DNA of 64,000 bases from an uncultured Saprospiraceae bacterium. Lineage in GTDB: Bacteria > Bacteroidota > Bacteroidia > Chitinophagales > Saprospiraceae. Under the pieces are notes generated by a model. It was not told the origin of the DNA and searched no databases. It was given only the letters and a program-made list of their open reading frames with translations. Shown here piece after piece: positions 26,368-33,968 of this stretch; positions within the stretch are counted from its first letter, which is position 1; every line of letters starts with the position of its first letter. The translations under genes were made by a program, and so were the position numbers. The stretch spans positions 63,357 through 127,356 of the forward strand of contig CALGAW010000010.1 in the NCBI GenBank assembly GCA_937959115.1, read 5' to 3'.

Positions 26368-27444
26368 TTAGTCTTCTTTCCTATCCTTATCACTAATCAC
26401 ATAAATTGTTGCCCTTGCTTTTCCAATTCTTTTTACTACTCCTTCATCCGACAAATACTTCATATCCTTTTTTATAGTAGCTGAAGTGTAGTCTGTTATT
26501 GATGTCGTTATATCGCTAATTTTCACCGGTTCATTTTCTTCAATAAATTTCACCAATTCCTTTTGCCTTTCATTCAAGTAACTTTTCTTTTTCTTTATCT
26601 TAGCGTATCTATCCTCCAATTTATTTATCGTTGCTTCCAGTGTTTCTAAAAAAAACAGAATCCATTGATTAATAATTTCTTTCTTCGTTCCCCGATTTTT
26701 CTGAGCACTCATTAGTGCTTTATAGTATTCCTTTTTTTTCTTTTCTATTTCAATTTCCATTGAGGCATATCGCATAAAATCATACCCTTGTTTCAATAGC
26801 AATAAGGTTGTTAATAACCTTGAAAGCCTTCCATTTCCATCTTGATATGGATGGATTGATAAAAATTCATACACGAAAGTTGCAATAATTATTAATGGGT
26901 GTAATTCTTCATTTTCTAAATTCTTGTTTGCCCAACCAATCAAACTTTCCATTTCTCCTTTTACCAAAAAGGGATCAGTTGTATTGAAAATTATTTTTTG
27001 ACGCCCACCAGGATAATTTGCTACTACTTTATTTGATAATTTCTTGTAATTACCTCTATGACTTTCATCTTTTGAACTTACCTGCAATAATGACTTATGA
27101 AGATGATGGATATGATTTTCCTTTAGGTCTATTGCATCATAAGAATCCAAAATTATATTTAGTACCTCATAATATCCAAATACTTCTTGCTCATCTCTTG
27201 TTTTAAATGAAGTAATTTTTACGGCGTTGATCAGATTTTTTACTTCCTCATCAGTTAATGTTGAACCCTCAATTCTTGTTGACGATCCAATGCTTTCAAT
27301 TGTGGCTATTTGCTTTAATTCTTTAAGATAAATCGATTCTTTAACTTCTAGTCCCGTCCATTTCCCTCTAAATGAATCTATAAAGGCTATCTTCCTTATT
27401 ATTTGCTGATTGGTTTTAAAATCGAATGTTAACTTGGATTCCAT
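26368..27444 (-). CDS. Fic family protein (AMPylase), class II with an N-terminal inhibitory helix
   Basis: 'HPYQDGNGRLSRLL' is the Fic motif HPFx(D/E)GNGR. 'SSTRIEGS' matches the (S/T)xxxE(G/N) inhibitory motif. The C-terminus is wHTH-like. The track's TTG start at 27480 lies inside the upstream tandem repeats, so ATG 27444 is preferred. Confidence 0.8.
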   Translation of the reverse strand: MESKLTFDFKTNQQIIRKIAFIDSFRGKWTGLEVKESIYLKELKQIATIESIGSSTRIEGSTLTDEEVKNLINAVKITSFKTRDEQEVFGYYEVLNIILDSYDAIDLKENHIHHLHKSLLQVSSKDESHRGNYKKLSNKVVANYPGGRQKIIFNTTDPFLVKGEMESLIGWANKNLENEELHPLIIIATFVYEFLSIHPYQDGNGRLSRLLTTLLLLKQGYDFMRYASMEIEIEKKKKEYYKALMSAQKNRGTKKEIINQWILFFLETLEATINKLEDRYAKIKKKKSYLNERQKELVKFIEENEPVKISDITTSITDYTSATIKKDMKYLSDEGVVKRIGKARATIYVISDKDRKED

Positions 27445-27461
27445 TACAAAATATTTGATAT

Positions 27462-27528
27462 TTATCTGATTTTTATCCAAAAATAAACTTAATTATTGAA
27501 TTATCTGATTCTTATCCGATTTTTATCC
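27462..27528. repeat. Short tandem direct repeats TTATCTGATT(T/C)TTATCC / GATTTTTATCC (three or four units) upstream of Fic
   Basis: Units lie at 27462-27478, 27501-27517 and 27518-27528, with a degenerate fourth unit. Confidence 0.5.
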
Positions 27529-27554
27529 GATTATTTTTCTTATAGATTGAAGGC

Positions 27555-27615
27555 AACGGTTCGCATATGCGCCTGCCTGACCGAATGGGAGGGTTGGACG
27601 TCATATGCTTTTGTT
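27555..27615. repeat. Direct repeat copy B (~61 bp); it supplies the last four codons and the stop of the pAgo-associated gene
   Basis: The reverse complement of 27601-27615 is 'AACAAAAGCATATGA', encoding N-K-S-I-stop. Confidence 0.75.
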
Positions 27616-28758
27616 AGGTGGAGTTTTTCTCATGTTTAAAAATAGGTGATAAACTTCTATTGGCATCTGGTTGTAAAGAAAAGTTCCTATTGCAATTTTA
27701 ATGTTAGTGAATATTGGAAAATTTGCCGTACTATCGATAATGAGCTTTTCTTGAAATTCTGAAGAATAGTCAAACTCTTGTATGAACGTTAAATATCTTT
27801 GCCAAATGTCATTGAAATTTGAATTGTTTACATATACTACTGCATAGTTTCTTGATAGACCATTTGGGTCATAGTTGAGAGTCAATTTATTTAAGTGCTT
27901 AGATATATATTCTGTTTTAATAGATGATATTACAAAAGCTTCGATTATCGAAAGAGGATATTTTTCTTCTTTTGTAAATACTTTTAAATCCAATTCACCA
28001 AAAGTATTACCTGTACCAGAAACTCCTCTTTGACTTTGATTCTCTACAGTAAAATTCATTGACAGCATTGAGTGTAAAACACTATTGTATTGATCTTCAT
28101 TATTATTAAATAGTCTGTGTTTACTTTGAATTTCTCTTGTTGAAAAAAGGACTGCTTCTAATAATTCTTTCTTATCTTTTTCATATTGAAGAACTTGATT
28201 ATTCTTGAATTCAAGAAGCAACAGTAAGTGTATAATGTCATCTAAATCAAAATTGGCAGGGTATTGCAAGTCATTATAGCTATCCTTTAAGAATCTCTTT
28301 TTTAGAAGTTTGGTTTCGAAGTTCTCTTTGTTGTTGCCAGAAAGATCCTGAATAAATTGACTTTCATATTCGGAAAATATTTTCGAAATGAGAAATTTTA
28401 CTCTTATTGATTTATGTTCAAACCATTCATTGATTAACGACTGATATCTAAAATCATTTTCATTTTTGAACAATAGAGATATACCTATGATATGGAAAAC
28501 AGAAATTGACTTTTTAATGATAGGGTTACTCAGTTGGCTATATATTTCATCAAACTTAATTTCAGGAGAATTAATGCTTAAAAAACCATAAGCGGCTGAC
28601 TTTTCCAAAAAGCCTTCAAAAGAATCGATAATTGACTCAATTTGAGAATTGTCAATTATTTGTGAAATATATTGAAAGCATAAACCTCCTAAGTCAAAGT
28701 GGTTACTATACCGTGCTTGAAGTTCTGATATTTTGGAAGCCAAATTCATAGAAACCAT
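27601..28758 (-). CDS. pAgo-associated protein of unknown fold (candidate effector), translationally coupled to the upstream Argonaute
   Basis: It overlaps the pAgo gene by 13 nt and shares its strand and AT-rich composition. I recognise no SIR2, TIR or TM signature. A weak 'ELDLKVFTKEEK' stretch could be a PD-(D/E)xK-like element. Confidence 0.6.
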   Translation of the reverse strand: MVSMNLASKISELQARYSNHFDLGGLCFQYISQIIDNSQIESIIDSFEGFLEKSAAYGFLSINSPEIKFDEIYSQLSNPIIKKSISVFHIIGISLLFKNENDFRYQSLINEWFEHKSIRVKFLISKIFSEYESQFIQDLSGNNKENFETKLLKKRFLKDSYNDLQYPANFDLDDIIHLLLLLEFKNNQVLQYEKDKKELLEAVLFSTREIQSKHRLFNNNEDQYNSVLHSMLSMNFTVENQSQRGVSGTGNTFGELDLKVFTKEEKYPLSIIEAFVISSIKTEYISKHLNKLTLNYDPNGLSRNYAVVYVNNSNFNDIWQRYLTFIQEFDYSSEFQEKLIIDSTANFPIFTNIKIAIGTFLYNQMPIEVYHLFLNMRKTPPNKSI

Positions 28759-30797
28759 GGTGAATTGTCGGGCATTGAAATTTGGGACATGTAAAAGCCA
28801 TCGACTAGTTTTAGTTTACTACTCATTCGAGCCATTAATTTTGAATACTTTATACTTATTGGCGAAGCCTGCTTATTAAAACTCGAATGAGACAAGTTTG
28901 AAAAATCATAAACTTGTTTTGCTAGGTATTCCATATTTATAACATTAGATCTTCTATCAATTTCTATTTTGCAACAAGTTGAACTGTTCTTTCTTAGTGC
29001 TATAAAGGACAATACCTCATTCACATTTATATATGTACCTCTTGGTAAATCAACTAATATGGTCGATTCTTGATCAGTATTTTTTTTATATTTATTAAAT
29101 CTAAAATTATGTCCGTCGCCCACATAGACAAAAGAATATTTAAATTCAATTCCCTTAAAACCTTCGATCACACTATTCAATGCTTCTATTTCATTACTGT
29201 AACCTGGTTTCTTGAATAAATGAAAGACTAAATAGACCGCCTTAGAAGAATCTAAAATTTTAGCTTCTAGGCAATTGTTTATATTTTTTGTTAAAACAGT
29301 GTATAAATGCTTGTTATAATCTTCAACACTAGTTACAGCAGCTACATCTCCTACAAGATATTTTCCATCACCCCTAAATACGGAAGTCATTCCTATTTGA
29401 GGAATGCCTTCTTTGTCTGTTGTCGCCCCAACTCCAATGACAAGTTCATTTCGATGTTCTCCTTTTGGCTTTACAGTCCAAGCAGCCCCGCCTAATTTGG
29501 CATAAATATTTAGAGATATAGTGTGATCAGCATAATTAGTAAAACCAGATTTGTGATCTGCAATGAACTTGTTAATTTGTTGGATTTGGACTTCTTGACT
29601 ATTAATACCTCTTTTGATGAATTCAGCTTTACAAAAGTAATATGGTGATTCGTGTATAGGTAGTAATTCATGTATCTCATCAACTACAACAATCGCAAGA
29701 TCTATATCTTTCGCATTTTGAAGAATTTCTTGATAGGATTTTAAATTAGAATCTTCAATTGGAAAAGTTTCGTATTTAAAGTTTTCTTTTGGGATTCTGT
29801 AAATAGTGCAGAGTTCTTCCTGTATAGCCTTAGTGAAAGTCGCTATTTTTAGATGGTGCTCTTTAGGGAAAACCACTCCAATGGTAATATCTTTGTTTTC
29901 AAAATTATCATAAGTTGTAGGCTTGTTATATTTTATTTTACTTCGCATTGCATACTTTACAGTATTTGCAGGTGGGGTTGCATTGCGATAAAAATAATAT
30001 TTGGGATCTTCCAATTTTTCAAAACAACTTTTGTGAATTACGCTGGATTTTTTTTGAAAATCGGATTTTACAATTTTTTCAATTTTACAGCTTCCTGGTA
30101 GTTTGAAATCTGCTTTATTGGGATTGAAAAATTCTTTCACAAAAGCTTTGCAGCAAGTTATTTGAATACTTTCTTCAGTTAGCTTCTCAATTGATTTTTT
30201 TAATTTGCTAGAGTCCCCATATAAGTTGCTTATTTTATAAATGGCAGTTGAGTCAGCTCTAACTTTTCCGTTATCTAGGATTGTTAGGTTGTCAGTAGAT
30301 AGATCATTGTCATTAAATTCCTCAAGTCCCCAAGTTATCTGATGGCTGATTCCAGAGGTAATATTGAAGCCATACTTTAGTTCGTTATTAATTATTAACG
30401 AACTGAATGTTAGGTTGTAGCTTCTGTATGTGTTCAGATATGGAAAATCATTGTTTGAGATATCTACGCGATAATCAGTGATTCTAATTAGTCCAAACGA
30501 TTTTGTTATGAATAATTTTGGTTCAGAATAAAACTGATTCAACATTGATTCTGAAATGATTTTAGAAATTAGAAAGTCGTCAACACCTTTTTTAATATTT
30601 TGAGTAACTACTCTGTCAAAAGCTATGTTGCCCCATATGTAAACTTTATCTCTAAATCTCAAAAAGGTTGAGTTGTTATATTTATCTCTGAATGATTTTA
30701 GATTTTCAGGATTTCTATATTCGATTGACTGGATATCAAATGCTGAATGAGATAACTCAATTTCATGCCAGTTACTTCTTATCAATTCCTTAATCAT
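28746..30797 (-). CDS. Prokaryotic Argonaute, catalytically inactive (long-B-like) with MID and degenerate PIWI domains
   Basis: The PIWI architecture is conserved: '…ISLNIYAKLGGAAWTV' (KLGG), 'ELVIGVGATTD' (in place of IGxDVxH, first Asp to Gly), 'VYLVFHLFKK' (RDG to HLF) and 'FVYVGDGHNFRF' (in place of the QKRHHTR element). The MID domain reads 'SPYYFCKAEFIKRGINSQEV…NKF', a Y-K-Q-K-type 5'-phosphate pocket. Confidence 0.8.
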   Translation of the reverse strand: MIKELIRSNWHEIELSHSAFDIQSIEYRNPENLKSFRDKYNNSTFLRFRDKVYIWGNIAFDRVVTQNIKKGVDDFLISKIISESMLNQFYSEPKLFITKSFGLIRITDYRVDISNNDFPYLNTYRSYNLTFSSLIINNELKYGFNITSGISHQITWGLEEFNDNDLSTDNLTILDNGKVRADSTAIYKISNLYGDSSKLKKSIEKLTEESIQITCCKAFVKEFFNPNKADFKLPGSCKIEKIVKSDFQKKSSVIHKSCFEKLEDPKYYFYRNATPPANTVKYAMRSKIKYNKPTTYDNFENKDITIGVVFPKEHHLKIATFTKAIQEELCTIYRIPKENFKYETFPIEDSNLKSYQEILQNAKDIDLAIVVVDEIHELLPIHESPYYFCKAEFIKRGINSQEVQIQQINKFIADHKSGFTNYADHTISLNIYAKLGGAAWTVKPKGEHRNELVIGVGATTDKEGIPQIGMTSVFRGDGKYLVGDVAAVTSVEDYNKHLYTVLTKNINNCLEAKILDSSKAVYLVFHLFKKPGYSNEIEALNSVIEGFKGIEFKYSFVYVGDGHNFRFNKYKKNTDQESTILVDLPRGTYINVNEVLSFIALRKNSSTCCKIEIDRRSNVINMEYLAKQVYDFSNLSHSSFNKQASPISIKYSKLMARMSSKLKLVDGFYMSQISMPDNSPWFL

Positions 30798-31180
30798 TCT
30801 TTTATTTTAATACTGACTAACGTAAGAAAATTATATTGATTTTCAATAAATTATACAATGAAAATTATCACAAATTTCGATTCGTTAGCGTTGTAGGTTT
30901 ACTTCCAAAATACTATCTGCTCAAATTTACTAGCATTTTAAAAGTGAATTTGAGGGATTGGATTTGGGAAGGCCGTTGAATTCCACCTAACATCTATATA
31001 AACGCGACTTTCATACCTCAATCACGTATATATTACTAATGTTCGCACCAAATTACAACTTTTTATCATTACCTCCTAAGAACGTTCTGCACGATAAGCC
31101 ATGCACAACAAATGAATTTAACGCATGATAGTTCTCTAACTTTTGGTAAAATTACTGCAATGCTACCTTTTCATTCAGTA

Positions 31181-31217
31181 ACAAAAAAGTCCACAGCAGT
31201 ATAAGCAACTGTGGACT
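31181..31217 (-). terminator. Rho-independent terminator for the flotillin operon (GTCCACAG…CTGTGGAC followed by a T-run on the minus strand)
   Basis: An inverted repeat at 31187-31216 is followed by TTTTTT when read on the minus strand. Confidence 0.5.
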
Positions 31218-31282
31218 CGTATGTTTTAAACCTAGGACGGATCAGAGCAATTCTTCGTTAAAAAACGCGCTGGCACGAATCC

Positions 31283-32719
31283 TTACGCTGGTTCTTCATT
31301 TTCATTCTTAGAAGTTTTGCCATTCGTCTGTTGATTACCATTTAGTTTCAACTGGTCTTCAGCTCGTTTTACTAAACTGTTTGGCAGATTCATACCACTT
31401 TGATTTAAGAAGTCATTGAGTTGTGGCATCATCCCGTACAACCCTTGCACGAAGTTACCCACGCCTTGTCCGTTCCCACTGTCGTAGACGACTACTTTGT
31501 CGATTTCAAGGTCTTTGATCGCGCCGGTTTGGATTTTAGCCATTTCGGTCAGCTTATCAATCATTAGGAATCCGATTGCACTTTGCGCATCACCGCCAGC
31601 AGCACGAACTAATTTGTCAAAACCTTCTGCCTGTCTAGTCAAGAGTTCTTCACGTCCTTTTGCTTGAGCCATTAGTTTGGAAAGGATGGCATCTGCTTCC
31701 CCTTTTGCAATTTCTCTTTGTCTTTCTGCTTCTGCTTGCGCGGCAATGACTGCTTTCTGTTTTTCGATGTCGGCAGTGACAACGATATCGGCTTCCATTT
31801 TTGCTTTTTCCATGGCAGCTCTTGCCTCTTCAGAAGACTTCTCTGCTAGGTAAGCCTCTTCTAACGCTTTTGCTGCGGCTACTTTCTGCGCAGCAGTTGC
31901 GCGTCTTGTGGCTTCTGCCATTTCGATATCTCTTTGGGCATCAGAGTTGGCAATTTTAATCGCAGAGGTGTTTTTTCCTTCTGTTGCTGCTGCTTCAGCA
32001 ACGGCTTCACCGATTTCGGCTCTACTGTTTGCGTCAGAAACCTTAATTCGTTGTTCTTGTTTTGCTTCTGCTTGTCCAACAGCACCATATCGTTCTTCAC
32101 CTGCTACCTTCACTCGAGCATCGTTGATCGCTTTCGCAGCAGCTTCTTTACCAAGTGCTTGGATATAGCCAGATTCATCGTGAATATCAGTCACGTTTAC
32201 GTTGATTAACTCTAGACCGATTTTGTGTAATTCTTCTCCTACATTCTCATAAACTGACTTTACAAACTTATCTCTGTCCGTGTTAAGCTCCTCAATGTCC
32301 ATATTAGCGATTACGAGACGCATTTGTCCCATTATGATGTCATGTGCTAGAGAACTGATATCTGGTCGCTGAAGGCCTAGTAAACGCTCTGCAGCGGCAA
32401 CCATAAACTTAGAGTCATTGGAAATACCGACTGTAAACTGAGCGGGTACAGAAACCCGGATGTTTTGCTTTGATAGAGCGTCCTGCAGGTTTACGTCAAT
32501 AGATAGCGGTGTCAAATCTAGGTAACGATAGTCTTGGATCACAGGCCATACAAACGCAGCACCACCGGCGTAACACTTAGCAGAACTGCCGCCTCCTGTT
32601 TTACCGTAGACCACTAGAATTTGATCTGAGGGACATCTTCGATATCTACTAATGAAGAACATGAGCATTAGCAAAACGACAAGGACAATTGCTCCAATAA
32701 GGATAAGAATTGAATTCAT
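31283..32719 (-). CDS. Flotillin-like SPFH/band-7 protein (YqiK/FloA-like)
   Basis: An N-terminal TM segment, an SPFH domain and a long Ala/Glu/Lys-rich coiled coil ('EAERQREIAKGEADAIL'). Confidence 0.85.
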   Translation of the reverse strand: MNSILILIGAIVLVVLLMLMFFISRYRRCPSDQILVVYGKTGGGSSAKCYAGGAAFVWPVIQDYRYLDLTPLSIDVNLQDALSKQNIRVSVPAQFTVGISNDSKFMVAAAERLLGLQRPDISSLAHDIIMGQMRLVIANMDIEELNTDRDKFVKSVYENVGEELHKIGLELINVNVTDIHDESGYIQALGKEAAAKAINDARVKVAGEERYGAVGQAEAKQEQRIKVSDANSRAEIGEAVAEAAATEGKNTSAIKIANSDAQRDIEMAEATRRATAAQKVAAAKALEEAYLAEKSSEEARAAMEKAKMEADIVVTADIEKQKAVIAAQAEAERQREIAKGEADAILSKLMAQAKGREELLTRQAEGFDKLVRAAGGDAQSAIGFLMIDKLTEMAKIQTGAIKDLEIDKVVVYDSGNGQGVGNFVQGLYGMMPQLNDFLNQSGMNLPNSLVKRAEDQLKLNGNQQTNGKTSKNENEEPA

Positions 32720-32745
32720 AATGTTAAGTTTTATTATTGTTAAAT

Positions 32746-33276
32746 TTAATTTTTAAGTTTTGAAACAGTAGCCATTCCATCTACTACATCATCAATCACC
32801 ACAAGCATCCCAGTAGGAATTTCTTCCTGATTTGTTGTTATCGCCTTTATTTCTCTATACACTCCGTTGATATCCACCTTTATAACACCATAGCCAGCAT
32901 CCGCAGGAATTTTCAAATAAACTTTCGCTTCTTTAGCGATCGCATCTTCTGCTTGCCAATTGACATTCTCTTGATTTTTCAACAACAATTTCAGCATTAG
33001 ATTGAGCAAAAAGACGGCAATTATACCCGCTACAATCCCAATACTAAATGCGTATACTGGGTTTTTATCAAATTCTAAGATGATTTTTATCACCCAAGAT
33101 CCAACGGAAATAAAAGTCAGTATTCCTTTGATAATGCCTGCGTCACCCCCTCCATCTACATCCACATCGGCTCCAATATCAATATCGAGATCAAGTCCTC
33201 CAAGAATGGATAGCAACAAAAGAAAAACGAGTATTCCTCCACAAATAATGGAGATCCAGGTGAGTATAGCAATCAT
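32746..33276 (-). CDS. NfeD/YqiJ-like membrane protein, the usual partner of flotillin
   Basis: N-terminal TM helices and a C-terminal OB-fold-like region ('VYREIKAITTNQEEIPTGMLVVIDDVVDGMATV'). It lies immediately upstream of the flotillin gene. Confidence 0.7.
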   Translation of the reverse strand: MIAILTWISIICGGILVFLLLLSILGGLDLDIDIGADVDVDGGGDAGIIKGILTFISVGSWVIKIILEFDKNPVYAFSIGIVAGIIAVFLLNLMLKLLLKNQENVNWQAEDAIAKEAKVYLKIPADAGYGVIKVDINGVYREIKAITTNQEEIPTGMLVVIDDVVDGMATVSKLKN

Positions 33277-33557
33277 AGTATTTTATTTATTAACATCAAC
33301 ACAACAAGGCGCGTGTATAGTTCCAGCTTTTATTTAAAATCGACCAGCGTAAGGAAATGATAGATTAGTGACTCAAATATAATGTTTAATGATCAATGTT
33401 TAATTATTAATGATAAATTAATGTAATGTTTAATGATTACTATAGTTTGTACAAAAAAAGCCGACAGTTTTGCTGTCAGCTCTATTTCTTTAGTACGAGA
33501 ACGATATCATTTTAGTAAGAATTATGTTAGAAATCCTTCTTACACTAATCTCAACTA

Positions 33558-33854
33558 CTATCTTAGTAAGCTTTGTAATTTCATTGCTAGTCCCATATCT
33601 CCTTTGATTTTCACCTTACCGCTCATTACAGCAGACATAGGATTCAAATCTCCAGATTGTAACTGAGAAAGTACATCCATACTAGTAATGACTGTGCAGT
33701 TTGCTTCTTTATCATCTTGAGAAATTTCATTCGCTTCGCCTGTTCCGTCAATGAAAATTGGCTGCTCATCTAGCAAAAACTTAAGGGTTCCACCAATTGG
33801 AGATACTCCATCTGCCTTTTCTTTGAATGTTGCTACTACTGTGTCTAGACTCAT
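33558..33854 (-). CDS. SCP2 sterol-binding domain protein
   Basis: 'LKFLLDEQPIFIDGTGE…LSQLQSGDLNPMSAVMSGKVKIKGDMGLAMKLQSL' fits the SCP2 fold. The start is probably the internal Met of the track ORF. Confidence 0.65.
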   Translation of the reverse strand: MSLDTVVATFKEKADGVSPIGGTLKFLLDEQPIFIDGTGEANEISQDDKEANCTVITSMDVLSQLQSGDLNPMSAVMSGKVKIKGDMGLAMKLQSLLR

Positions 33855-33968
33855 TGTATTTAAATTAATTGATTTTTCTAAAACGTTTGTCGGTGCGAAG
33901 ATAAGCTTCTTCACTGTGAATTGTCAATGATTAATTGTTATTTTTTTTGTAATATCCTTAAAGATCAG

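Noticed and set aside
26303-27615. Integron attC-type cassette interpretation of the 61-bp repeats flanking Fic
   Set aside because: Only one end of copy B matches the GTTRRRY/RYYYAAC core. There is no matching inverse core at the other end, no L'/L'' extrahelical-base architecture, and no intI or attI nearby. I report them as direct repeats of unknown mechanism instead.
31879-32209. ORFs at 31879-32100 (minus) and 31908-32209 (plus) inside the flotillin gene
   Set aside because: They fall in the Ala/Glu/Lys-rich coiled-coil region. Its low-complexity codons (GCN/GAR/AAR) keep alternative frames open by chance.
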